IMG/VR virus record: IMGVR_UViG_3300036987_000270 | Location: 1 to 30,383 of that record | Length of the DNA stretch: 30,383 nt | Reading direction: 5' to 3' (one strand) | From: a virus | Lineage: Duplodnaviria; Caudoviricetes | In this document: positions 8,175-15,860 of the stretch, in pieces | How positions within the stretch are numbered: position 1 is the stretch's first letter | Layout: every line of letters starts with the position of its first letter | Program-made: the position numbers and the translations under genes | The notes under the pieces: generated by a model | What the model saw: only the letters and a program-made list of their open reading frames with translations | Databases searched by the model: none | Told to the model about the DNA's origin: nothing

Positions 8175-8435
8175 ATGCCTGTAAGGAAAGCCACTAAAAC
8201 TGCGAACATCAACGCAAACCTCTATGACGGAGAGTTTCAGCTGGGCTTTGATTGTGTGGGTGTGGAGAATTGTCGGTTTGCGCTCTGCCCGCTGATGCCT
8301 CCGACTGGCGATGAAGACTGCACCTACCGAGAGCATGGATCGTGCAGGGATACATCGGCACAACAGGCAGCGCTCGAAGCGCTCAAGAAAAGAATTGTGA
8401 AAGAACTGAAGCAGCGCGAGGATGATTCGATATGA
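8175..8435 (+). CDS. Hypothetical Cys-containing protein (86 aa)
   Basis: AAGGAG RBS before ATG 8175; 3' ATGA overlap. Confidence 0.7.
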   Translation: MPVRKATKTANINANLYDGEFQLGFDCVGVENCRFALCPLMPPTGDEDCTYREHGSCRDTSAQQAALEALKKRIVKELKQREDDSI

Positions 8436-8998
8436 TCCTTATCTGTCCCTCATGCGGGGGCACGCACAGCGCGGAGGCCTGGGAGAACGACACTATGGCG
8501 AGACAAGCGCTGCAGGCGGCCTGCGCCCTGCCCCCCGAGGTCAGCAAGGTTTGCCTCGGGTATCTGTCCCTGTTTCGGCCGATGCAGCGGGCGTTGTCCT
8601 GGAGCAAGTCGCTGCGGATCATCAACGAGCTGTCCGCCCTGATCGCCCCCGGCCACATCCAGGTCCAGGGCAAACCGGCCCGGCCCTGCCCTCCCCGGAT
8701 CTGGGCCGTGGCCATGGAGCAGATGGTCGAGCGTTCGGCCACCCTTCAGCGGCCCCTGAAAAATCATAACTACCTGCGGCAGATCGTCCATCAGCTGGCC
8801 GACCAGGCCGATGCCGGACGGGAAAAGCAGGTGATCAAGGCGGAACAAACCGGATCGACCAAGATCATACGGCCCGCCGATGACGAGATGAGCCCGGCGA
8901 TGCGGCGCTATATTGAAGAAAATGGCGATCCCTTGGCGAGTCCGGCCCTGGGAGAGATGATGCAAAAAATGAAAGACAGACAAGGAGAAATGCGATGA
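8432..8998 (+). CDS. Conserved Mu-like phage hypothetical protein with N-terminal CPxC knuckle
   Basis: MILICPSCG...GYLSLFRP..RALSW...PLKNHNYL; GAGG RBS. Confidence 0.8.
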   Translation: MILICPSCGGTHSAEAWENDTMARQALQAACALPPEVSKVCLGYLSLFRPMQRALSWSKSLRIINELSALIAPGHIQVQGKPARPCPPRIWAVAMEQMVERSATLQRPLKNHNYLRQIVHQLADQADAGREKQVIKAEQTGSTKIIRPADDEMSPAMRRYIEENGDPLASPALGEMMQKMKDRQGEMR

Positions 8999-9240
8999 AG
9001 TCCCTGACCGATTTAAACGATCAACTGTTCAACCAACTCGACCGACTCAGCAATACAGCGCTCACAGGCGACGCCCTGGCCGAAGAGATCCGCAGATCCG
9101 AGGCCGTGGTCGAGGTGTCCACCCAGATCATCTCGAACGGCAACCTGGTATTGAGGGCCAAGGTCGCGGCCGAGGAGCGCGTCCACGGCGGCAAGCTGCC
9201 GGCAATGCTCGAATGCGCGTCGGCCGAAAAACCACAATGA
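8995..9240 (+). CDS. Conserved small phage protein typically upstream of HNH genes
   Basis: LTDLNDQLFNQLDRL...EEIRRSEAV...QIISNGNLVL; AAGGAG RBS. Confidence 0.8.
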   Translation: MKSLTDLNDQLFNQLDRLSNTALTGDALAEEIRRSEAVVEVSTQIISNGNLVLRAKVAAEERVHGGKLPAMLECASAEKPQ

Positions 9241-9878
9241 AATATCATCGTTACACCCCGGAGCAACTCGCCTTTGTCAGGGAGCATCTGCACCTGACCA
9301 AGGCGGAGTTGGCCGCGGCCTTTACCGCGCGCTTCAGCCTGGTCCGGACAGCGGGCCAGCTCAAATCCTTGTGCGGCAACCACAAAATCAGCACGGGCAG
9401 GAGCGGTAGGTTCGAGAAGGGCAACGTGCCGCATAACGCCGGCAAGAAGGGTTGCAATGGCTTCAGCTCGACTCGTTTCAAGAAAGGCGCCCGGCCTCAT
9501 AACTGGTTGCCGGTCGGATCGGAACGGATCTCCAAGGATGGCTATGTCGAGGTGAAGATCGCGGAGCCGCATGTCTGGAAGGGCAAGCATGTCATACTCT
9601 GGGAGCGGGCTAACGGGCCGGTGCCCAAGGGTTGCGCCATCATCTTCGGTGACCGGGACAGCCGGAATTTTGCTCCGGCAAACCTGATTAGAGTGTCGCG
9701 GCGAGAATTGCTCTACCTCAATCGCAAGGGGTTGATCCAGCCCGACACTGATCTGACCCAGGCGGGGGTGAACGTCGCCAAGGTTGCGGTCACGATCTTC
9801 GAACGGAAGAAAAAACGAGGGAGCAAAGGAGCATTTGGGAACCAGCTCAACAAGGAGGTCAACCATGCCGCCGACTAA
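9237..9878 (+). CDS. HNH endonuclease-family protein with RFxKG repeats
   Basis: GRFEKGNVPHN and TRFKKGARPHN repeats; PVGSERISKDGY; KHVILWERANGPVPKG...D.DSRN....NL. Confidence 0.85.
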   Translation: MKYHRYTPEQLAFVREHLHLTKAELAAAFTARFSLVRTAGQLKSLCGNHKISTGRSGRFEKGNVPHNAGKKGCNGFSSTRFKKGARPHNWLPVGSERISKDGYVEVKIAEPHVWKGKHVILWERANGPVPKGCAIIFGDRDSRNFAPANLIRVSRRELLYLNRKGLIQPDTDLTQAGVNVAKVAVTIFERKKKRGSKGAFGNQLNKEVNHAAD

Positions 9879-10308
9879 CGCTCAACGGGCACAGATCAAA
9901 ATCGCGCAGAAAGAGCTGGGGCTTGTGGACGATGATTATCGGGCCATCCTCAAGGTGCAGTTCAACCGAACATCGTGCATGCAGCTCTCAACAGTGCAGG
10001 CCGAGCGGCTGATCAGGCACTTTCAAAAGCTCGGCTGGGTGAAGAAATCACAGAACAAGCTCCCTGGATTCGAAGTGCCACCGGACGGTAAGTCGCAGAA
10101 GATCCTGGCGCTGTGGATTACCCTGCATAAGGCCGGGCCGGTCAAGGATGGCTCGGACCAAGCGCTGATGAAATTCGTCAAGCGGATGACCAAAACCAAA
10201 ACATTCCCCGGCAAGGATCACCTCAAGTTCTGCGACGGCCAGGACAAATTCAAGATCATCGAAGCCCTCAAGGATTGGGCCAAGCGGGAGGATGTGGATG
10301 TCGGATAA
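9865..10308 (+). CDS. gemA: GemA / Mu gp16 (DUF1018) family protein
   Basis: IKIAQKELGLVDDDYRAIL...S...L...KILALW...L..FVKR...IIEALKDW; AAGGAGG RBS; directly upstream of mor. Confidence 0.9.
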   Translation: MPPTNAQRAQIKIAQKELGLVDDDYRAILKVQFNRTSCMQLSTVQAERLIRHFQKLGWVKKSQNKLPGFEVPPDGKSQKILALWITLHKAGPVKDGSDQALMKFVKRMTKTKTFPGKDHLKFCDGQDKFKIIEALKDWAKREDVDVG

Positions 10309-10660
10309 GCGGATCACTGACCTGCCGGAAGCCTACCGGCCGGCCATCAAGGCCCTGCCGGGAGACATGCAGATGCTGGCGGCGGGCATGGAAGAGCGGT
10401 TCCCCGGCATGGGCGTGTTGATCATCATGGCCCTGGCCGAGATCGTCAATGGCCAGTGGGTCTATGTGCGCCGGATGGATGGGCCGATGCGGTCCTGGCG
10501 GGACGATCAAATCCGCGCCCAGTACGACCTGGGCGGCATCACCATCCGGGAGTTGGCGCGGTACTGGGGGCTCAGCCAGAGCAGCATCGAGAAGATCCTG
10601 GCCAAGCCCGCCAGCCAGGCGGAGTTGAAGAGCAAGCAGATGGAGTTGTTTAAAACTTGA
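10298..10660 (+). CDS. mor: Mor/C-family transcription activator
   Basis: LPGDM...GQWVY...RDDQIRAQY..GITIRELARYWGLSQSSIEKIL HTH; position after gemA. Confidence 0.88.
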   Translation: MSDKRITDLPEAYRPAIKALPGDMQMLAAGMEERFPGMGVLIIMALAEIVNGQWVYVRRMDGPMRSWRDDQIRAQYDLGGITIRELARYWGLSQSSIEKILAKPASQAELKSKQMELFKT

Positions 10661-10671
10661 GAGGAGCCACA

Positions 10672-11046
10672 ATGGTACCAGCAGAACTACCTGAAATGAA
10701 GCATTGGCGAGGAGACAAATGGGTTGATGGCTTTACCGGCTGCGGCCCTATCACTATCGATAGCCAGCCTCCGGATGCGCCCTGCCTCTATTGCCGTATG
10801 CAGTTCCGGGATGCAAAGGGAGTGCTCGGGTACGAACTCAATTCGGCTCCGGGACCCGGCCAGGGTTTGTTGGAGATTATCGATGCGGTTAATTACATCT
10901 TCTCGCGTCCAGCCCAGGACTTGCCGCTGGGGGTTGGAACCTGGAAATGCGATTTCGAAACCTACACGACCTCCGCGCACACCGATCCACCCACGACCTG
11001 GTTTCGTGGCAAGATGACCGTCTTGCAGGACGCGACCCATGATTAA
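10672..11046 (+). CDS. Hypothetical beta-rich protein, possibly BppU-N/Ig-like virion appendage adaptor
   Basis: GAGGAG RBS; RGD-W start and ...W.CDFE......TWFRGKMTVLQDAT end pattern. Confidence 0.6.
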   Translation: MVPAELPEMKHWRGDKWVDGFTGCGPITIDSQPPDAPCLYCRMQFRDAKGVLGYELNSAPGPGQGLLEIIDAVNYIFSRPAQDLPLGVGTWKCDFETYTTSAHTDPPTTWFRGKMTVLQDATHD

Positions 11047-11548
11047 CTGCCCGGTAACACTGATACAGCGTACAGTCGCAGCCACGGTGACAGTCGGTGG
11101 CGGGATCACCGCCACGGTGGTTACAGAAGCGCGGCAGGTTTCTGTTCCTGTTCCGGCGGTGCCGGTTGGGGGAACAGGAGCCGACGGTACGGATGGAGCG
11201 GACGGCCACAGTCCGGTTCTCACCTGGAGCGGAGATCAGATAGCCATTGACGGCGATCTCTCTGGACCGCACCTCACCGGTCCCCAAGGGCCTGCGGGCG
11301 GTGATGGAGCCGATGGAGCTCCGGGCCTTCAAGGAGCGGCGGGGGCCGAAGGCGCGCCTGGAGTGGCCGGCGGCGACGGTACGGATGGAGCGGACGGCCA
11401 CAGCCCGGTTCTCACCTGGAGCGGAGATCAGATAGCTATTGACGGCACGGTCACCGGCCCGCATCTTACCGGACCAGCTGGAGGAGGGTATGGAGACTCT
11501 AATTCTTTTAAATCGTTTGCCGTGGCTATGGCCGTGGCAATGGGGTGA
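11039..11548 (+). CDS. Collagen-like (Gly-X-Y) fibre protein
   Basis: GPQGPAGGDGADGAPGLQGAAGAEGAPG run; duplicated DGHSPVLTWSGDQIAIDG; C-terminal FAVAMAVAMG. Confidence 0.85.
   Translation: MINCPVTLIQRTVAATVTVGGGITATVVTEARQVSVPVPAVPVGGTGADGTDGADGHSPVLTWSGDQIAIDGDLSGPHLTGPQGPAGGDGADGAPGLQGAAGAEGAPGVAGGDGTDGADGHSPVLTWSGDQIAIDGTVTGPHLTGPAGGGYGDSNSFKSFAVAMAVAMG
11182..11446 (+). repeat. 73-bp direct repeat inside the collagen gene
   Basis: 11182-11254 and 11374-11446, period 192 bp, two synonymous mismatches. Confidence 0.88.
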
Positions 11549-11553
11549 CACTC

Positions 11554-12057
11554 ATGAAACAACTCGTAGGATCAGATGTAGGGCAATACAGTTTCAACCC
11601 TGCAACAAGAGGCATCACGTTTACTAGTTTACCACCCTCTTTCTCCCTGGTCAATGTGCTGGTCATTACCAACCTGACCGCCGGCGCAATGATCTACAAT
11701 TTTGCCGACCCAACCCTTGGTGGCGATCTAACGGGGAACGTGCTCACACTTAATACCGACACGACCGCCATGCAGTCCACGGACGTGCTGCAAATCTGGG
11801 TCGATCTGCCTTCGGTATCGGTGCTCTCTGATCTTCTGATCGTGATGCGGCAGATGATTACCGCCCTGGTGTACCCGCCGCATCTCGACAGATCGCAGAA
11901 CAGGTCAAGAGTTACGGCGCTCGTTGAGTCAGGAACGGTCACGACAGTGACGACAGTGACCGGAATTTCCAATCTCGACGGCTACCAGAGTAAGCTGCCG
12001 GTTATCAACACCAATCTCAACGCATGGGCCAATGTGGTCCGGAGGAAATTCAGCTAA
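11554..12057 (+). CDS. Hypothetical virion-associated protein
   Basis: YSFNPATRGITF...LVITNLT...IYNFADP...LTLNTDTTAM..TDVLQIWVD; Thr/Val-rich; TAATG coupled to the next gene. Confidence 0.75.
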   Translation: MKQLVGSDVGQYSFNPATRGITFTSLPPSFSLVNVLVITNLTAGAMIYNFADPTLGGDLTGNVLTLNTDTTAMQSTDVLQIWVDLPSVSVLSDLLIVMRQMITALVYPPHLDRSQNRSRVTALVESGTVTTVTTVTGISNLDGYQSKLPVINTNLNAWANVVRRKFS

Positions 12058-13661
12058 TGGCCAATAATTTCAAGAAAGGCATAGACCGCATGATGTGGGC
12101 GCAGGTGGCCCCCGGAGCCAACGCCCACGCGGCAGGCATGGGGATGGCGACGGACCTCAGAAACACGGTGGACCGGAACCCGTTCCTTTTCCAGCTTGCG
12201 TCAGCTACTGTTCTCAACCGGTTCAACATCATTACAAAATCATGGAATCTGGTTGTCTCTCCAGCCCTGTCCGGGACGTTCGGCGCTGGCTCCGGGTGTG
12301 TGTTCGCCCCTTCGCATGCGCTTGCCGGGGCGATAGGTGTCGGGAGTACGCCGACCTCTGTCGTGACTACCACGGCAATGACGGCTGTCGGCGTTAATAT
12401 GCTGGCGAATCGCGGAGGGTCCGGGGAGTACGGATTCAAACTGAGGGTCATCGGCAAGGTAAGCGGCAAAACCGAGGAACGGTGGATTACCGGCAACACC
12501 GGCGGGACCACGCCAACAATATCGCTTGACTCCCCCCTCTCCTTTTCCCCATCGTCAGGGGATGTCTACGAGGTGCTTGGCGGTAGGGTGTTCATGCTCA
12601 ACGCCGGCACCCTGGCCGCCGGCAGTTGGAAAAGCTTCGAGGTGGCGAGCAATACGCTCGCCACCAAAACGCAGACCAATTTGCCCGCCACGGTGGGAAC
12701 CGCTTTCTCGGCTGTGGCGCTGGACGAACTGTATGTGCCCTATGATCGAAAACCCGGAGAGGGTTTTCTGGTGGGTGCCGGCACCTACAACGGCGGAGGA
12801 CTCCTTTGCCTGGTTGCCTCAGGGATTGCGGCTTCCTCACTCACCGGCCAGAACGCCGGCGGAGATGCCGGGGTGCTGGCCAACGAATACCGCAACTTCC
12901 AGATCCGCATTGTCGAGGACACAGCCACTCCCACGGCAGTCGGCCAGCGGAGAATCATTGCCTCCCATACCGGCGGCCCGAGCCCGGTGTATACCCTGGG
13001 GACGACCTGGACCGTCAACCCGTCCGCCACCGCCAAATTTGTCGTCGAGCTGCCGAATCTCATTGTGTTGTGGACCTCGGCTTCAACCACCACCTACGCC
13101 TACAACTACGGCACAGCAACGGTGAGCAACGGCACCAACACCATTGGCGCCGACGCCTGGAGCTCCACTTATTTTTCAGCCAGAGGGGGGGCAATGGCCG
13201 CTGGCTGCACCTCGTTTGCCTCTTTCGGTATTGAGCCCGATGATGCCAAAAACGCCCGGAGTTCGTTTATTCACTCCTTTCGAGGAGGGGGGGTGACCAC
13301 TTTGGACACGCTGGACATTGCCGGGGCGATCACCGGGCTATGGTTCAATGCCATCGTGTATGACGGCGGCGTTACGGTGGGCACCGGGTCGTGCGGAAAA
13401 TACGCGCCGGCTGACCAGGAGGGCCGTTTCGGCTATATGAACATCTACACGAGCTCGGCCCTCAGCCAGATGTTCAGGTTTGACGTCAAGAATCGGGTGT
13501 TGTCCCCCTATTGCCCCACTGATTGGGTGCAATCGGGGACGGCGGCCGCCGGCGACAGGATCGGCACCTATGCGATTATCGATGGTCAGGACAAATACTC
13601 CTGCGTGTTCTTGATGGCGCACTTGACGAGCATTTCGCAAGAATTGATTATCGAGGTTTGA
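12057..13661 (+). CDS. 534-aa Gly/Thr/Ser/Ala-rich beta protein, putative receptor-binding/adhesin (propeller-like)
   Basis: GGAGG RBS; beta-strand composition; internal similarity FKLRVI...EERWITGNT and FQIRIV...QRRIIASHT. Confidence 0.8.
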   Translation: MANNFKKGIDRMMWAQVAPGANAHAAGMGMATDLRNTVDRNPFLFQLASATVLNRFNIITKSWNLVVSPALSGTFGAGSGCVFAPSHALAGAIGVGSTPTSVVTTTAMTAVGVNMLANRGGSGEYGFKLRVIGKVSGKTEERWITGNTGGTTPTISLDSPLSFSPSSGDVYEVLGGRVFMLNAGTLAAGSWKSFEVASNTLATKTQTNLPATVGTAFSAVALDELYVPYDRKPGEGFLVGAGTYNGGGLLCLVASGIAASSLTGQNAGGDAGVLANEYRNFQIRIVEDTATPTAVGQRRIIASHTGGPSPVYTLGTTWTVNPSATAKFVVELPNLIVLWTSASTTTYAYNYGTATVSNGTNTIGADAWSSTYFSARGGAMAAGCTSFASFGIEPDDAKNARSSFIHSFRGGGVTTLDTLDIAGAITGLWFNAIVYDGGVTVGTGSCGKYAPADQEGRFGYMNIYTSSALSQMFRFDVKNRVLSPYCPTDWVQSGTAAAGDRIGTYAIIDGQDKYSCVFLMAHLTSISQELIIEV

Positions 13662-13709
13662 CGGCGGCCATGGCGGGACCTACGTGCTGGTTGGCTTGAC
13701 TTTAGAGGG

Positions 13710-13806
13710 GTAGGTTGGGTTGAGGCACGAAACCCAACGCAGGGGGTGATTGATTGTCGGGTTTCGTTCCTCAACCCAACCTACGGGCTCAACCCGACCT
13801 ACGGGC
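13710..13806. repeat. GTAG-type REP doublet (REPIN) copy A plus 18-bp tandem partial duplication
   Basis: GTAGGTTGGGTTGAGGCACGAAACCCAAC (13710-13738) inverted to 13756-13784, then an extra CTCAACCCGACCTACGGGC. Confidence 0.9.
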
Positions 13807-13853
13807 TGGTGCTCGCCCTCGGCCGAGCTGGAGGCCGAATACCGGGAGACCTT

Positions 13854-13949
13854 ATGCAAAGACTGACACCGGCGGGCCTGTTCTGGCTCGCGTATCTGCT
13901 GGGCTGTGCCGCCATACTGCTGGTGGGCACCGTTTTACTCCACGTTTGA
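13854..13949 (+). CDS. 31-aa single-TM peptide
   Basis: GGGAG RBS; MQRLTPAGLFWLAYLLGCAAILLVGTVLLHV. Confidence 0.55.
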   Translation: MQRLTPAGLFWLAYLLGCAAILLVGTVLLHV

Positions 13950-13974
13950 AATAAAGAGGGGCAGAAAAACAAGG

Positions 13975-14049
13975 GTAGGTTGGGTTGAGGAACGAAACCC
14001 AACGCAGGGGGTGATTGATTGTCGGGTTTCGTCCCTCAACCCAACCTAC
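13975..14049. repeat. GTAG-type REP doublet (REPIN) copy B
   Basis: 75-bp direct repeat of 13710-13784 with two mismatches and the same spacer. Confidence 0.9.
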
Positions 14050-14218
14050 GGGCTTTGAGCATCACATAACAGATAAAAGCGATTATGGAAAAAAGCAGGA
14101 CATATGCGACGCTTATCCAGTTACTTTTTTTCACAGTTTTGCTCCCGCCACAGTTGGGGCAATAATTCCCTCCAGTGGCCATGTCACAGCCGCAATAGGT
14201 GCATTTCACTAGATCCAT
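14036..14218 (-). CDS. Zinc-ribbon membrane protein (60 aa), moron-like
   Basis: AAGGAGG RBS on minus strand; CTYC...CPNCG followed by a hydrophobic helix; AT-rich. Confidence 0.8.
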   Translation of the reverse strand: MDLVKCTYCGCDMATGGNYCPNCGGSKTVKKSNWISVAYVLLFSIIAFICYVMLKARRLG

Positions 14219-14284
14219 GGGTGTACCTCCTTATGGTCGGCGGAAGAGTTAATGAAAAAAGATACCCATTTTGACGCGAGGGGA

Positions 14285-14330
14285 CAAGCAGTAAAACTGC
14301 TTGACACTAGGGGCCATTTCGGGCAAAGCT
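14285..14330 (+). promoter_or_regulatory. Putative promoter/operator for the c4-rha unit
   Basis: TTGACA at 14301-14306 overlapped by inverted repeat CAAGCAGT-AAA-ACTGCTTG (14285-14303); -10 is poor (AAAGCT). Confidence 0.45.
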
Positions 14331-14355
14331 ACCCGTGCAGCCGCAAGAGCGGTTG

Positions 14356-14426
14356 CCGGGTTTGGTAGCCCGGAAATGTAGGCGGACACACCGCCGCCCC
14401 TCCTTAGGCGGTTTTTTTGTGTCCGC
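14356..14426 (+). promoter_or_regulatory. c4 upstream target (a1-b1-like) with terminator hairpin
   Basis: CCGGG-TTTGGTAG-CCCGG hairpin, ATGTAGGC 14376-14383, CCGCC...GGCGG followed by T7 (14391-14418). Confidence 0.8.
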
Positions 14427-14447
14427 ACCTCAGCGCTCGACTCTTTT

Positions 14448-14522
14448 GGGCGGTGCTGGGTGGGGAGCCCTCGGGCTCGCCGGTGCCTACGTTCCGGTCT
14501 ACCAACCTACTCAGCTCCGCCC
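14448..14522 (+). ncRNA. c4: c4-type antisense RNA (P1 c4 / P4 CI-like cloverleaf)
   Basis: Closing stem GGGCGG...CCGCCC, GAGCC-CUCG-GGCUC hairpin, unpaired GCCUACGU (14485-14492) and CUACCAA (14499-14505) complementary to flanking ATGTAGG and TTGGTAG sites. Confidence 0.85.
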
Positions 14523-14578
14523 TTTTTTGTTTGGTAGCAGGAGGGCGGGATATTTAATCCCAATGTAGGAGAAACATC

Positions 14579-15364
14579 ATGAACGGAAACAACCTCACCC
14601 CCACCGGCCTCTTCAACCCCAACCTGAGAATGTCCAGCGTCGAGATCGCCGAGCTTACAGAGAAAGAGCATAAGCATGTTTGTCGCGATATCAGAAATAT
14701 GCTCGAAAAGTTGAAGGAGGATCGCTACGCAGAAATGGACAAAGACGCCCCGGAATATGACAGGGGTAGCAGGACCCAGTATAAATATGCGAAGCCTTCA
14801 ACCATCCCTAAAGTGCTGGATCATTTCTTGGGAGATGGTCCACGTCTGGACCATGACAAAGCTGAATATGCCGTCACTGCTGAACATGACGCCAGAGGAT
14901 ATATTGTTTCCTATTTTCTAGATTTTCATTCAAGCATGGTCCTTATCACGGGGTACGATGTAGCGATCAGATCAAAAGTCATCGCTCGCTGGATGCAACT
15001 CGAACGGGGCGAGGCCCTGCCGGCCGTCCAGCAGAGGCAGATGGTGGTGGTGGACATCCAGGAGCACATTGCTCTGCTCAAGGAACATACCGACCTGCTC
15101 AAGCAAGCCATGGCATCGTTAAAAAAAGAGGCGAACAACCGCAAAAACTTCACCGCCGATGATGACGCCCGAGTGCTGCACCTGCACGGCCTGGGCTACA
15201 CGCCCGCGCAGATCGGCGACGCTATCGGCAGGAAAAAAGGGTCGGTGCGCTCTTGCCTGCGCCGTCTCCACAAGAAAGGAATCCTCGCCGATGCATCCCG
15301 CTCAAAGGACGGGGGACAGATGGAGTTGTTTCCGGCAGGCGTTCTTGATGGCGGGGAGGAGTGA
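14579..15364 (+). CDS. rha: Rha-family regulator/antirepressor with C-terminal HTH
   Basis: MSSVEIAELTEKEHKHVCRDIRNML...LITGYDVAIRSKVIARWMQLE; C-terminal GYTPAQIGDAIGRKKGSV; AGGAG RBS. Confidence 0.9.
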   Translation: MNGNNLTPTGLFNPNLRMSSVEIAELTEKEHKHVCRDIRNMLEKLKEDRYAEMDKDAPEYDRGSRTQYKYAKPSTIPKVLDHFLGDGPRLDHDKAEYAVTAEHDARGYIVSYFLDFHSSMVLITGYDVAIRSKVIARWMQLERGEALPAVQQRQMVVVDIQEHIALLKEHTDLLKQAMASLKKEANNRKNFTADDDARVLHLHGLGYTPAQIGDAIGRKKGSVRSCLRRLHKKGILADASRSKDGGQMELFPAGVLDGGEE

Positions 15365-15366
15365 GC

Positions 15367-15612
15367 ATGGGTGAACTCGAATTGATGCAAAGAGACCATG
15401 CCCAACAGCTAGGGTTCTCTGAAGAAAGCGAGGCTTTCATTGCCCACAAGGAAGGGTTTATGTTTGCGGCCTACGTCGTTGCCACTAACATCCAGGAAAG
15501 GATGGAAGAGGGACGTGTCCAGGCAGGGATGGAGGAGGTGCAAAAAACATATGGCGAGCTGCTCCTGTGGAGAGACAAGGACCCCGAGGTGCCCCATGGC
15601 CTCAACCATTGA
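15367..15612 (+). CDS. Hypothetical acidic protein
   Basis: GGAGGAG RBS; overlaps the downstream gene; alternative GTG start at 15361. Confidence 0.6.
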   Translation: MGELELMQRDHAQQLGFSEESEAFIAHKEGFMFAAYVVATNIQERMEEGRVQAGMEEVQKTYGELLLWRDKDPEVPHGLNH

Positions 15613-15790
15613 CCCGACCAACCATCCAGCCGACCACATCGACCATGCTCAGGCCATGCTCGGTTTCCTTTCCCTGGTGATCGGGGGGAGCCGCAGCGAT
15701 CTCTGCCTGACCAGCAGGGATACCGAGGGCCTGAGCTACATCCTCGGCCATATCGAGGACAACCTCAAGCAGGCCCTAACCCGGCTTTAA
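15596..15790 (+). CDS. Hypothetical protein (64 aa)
   Basis: GAGGTG RBS; MASTIDPTNHPADHID...GLSYILGHIEDNL; followed by a terminator. Confidence 0.6.
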   Translation: MASTIDPTNHPADHIDHAQAMLGFLSLVIGGSRSDLCLTSRDTEGLSYILGHIEDNLKQALTRL

Positions 15791-15806
15791 CGGTCCATTA
15801 ACAAAC

Positions 15807-15824
15807 TGCTGACAATTGTCAGCA
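15807..15824. promoter_or_regulatory. Perfect 18-bp intergenic palindrome, candidate operator
   Basis: TGCTGACAATTGTCAGCA. Confidence 0.5.
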
Positions 15825-15833
15825 TTCTCCCCG

Positions 15834-15860
15834 GGGAGGCCATCGCGGCCTCCCTTTTTT
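15834..15860 (+). terminator. Intrinsic terminator ending the rha unit
   Basis: GGGAGGCC-ATCGC-GGCCTCCC-TTTTTT. Confidence 0.85.

Noticed and set aside
11182-11446. Direct repeat as att site or DGR repeat
   Set aside because: In-frame intragenic duplication with synonymous C/T differences in a collagen-like gene
13746-13954. ORFs 13746..13949 (long form), 13754..13954 and 13799..14002
   Set aside because: They start inside REP sequence with no RBS; only the 13854 start has a Shine-Dalgarno
13710-14049. Possible CRISPR array or DGR template/variable repeat pair
   Set aside because: Only two copies, each an inverted GTAG doublet; no spacer series, no cas or reverse transcriptase gene, and only two mismatches
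14335-14568. 77-aa ORF resembling Ash/Icd-like annotations
   Set aside because: Lies entirely over the c4 RNA and its targets and has no clear RBS; the sequence is explained by RNA structure, although translation cannot be excluded
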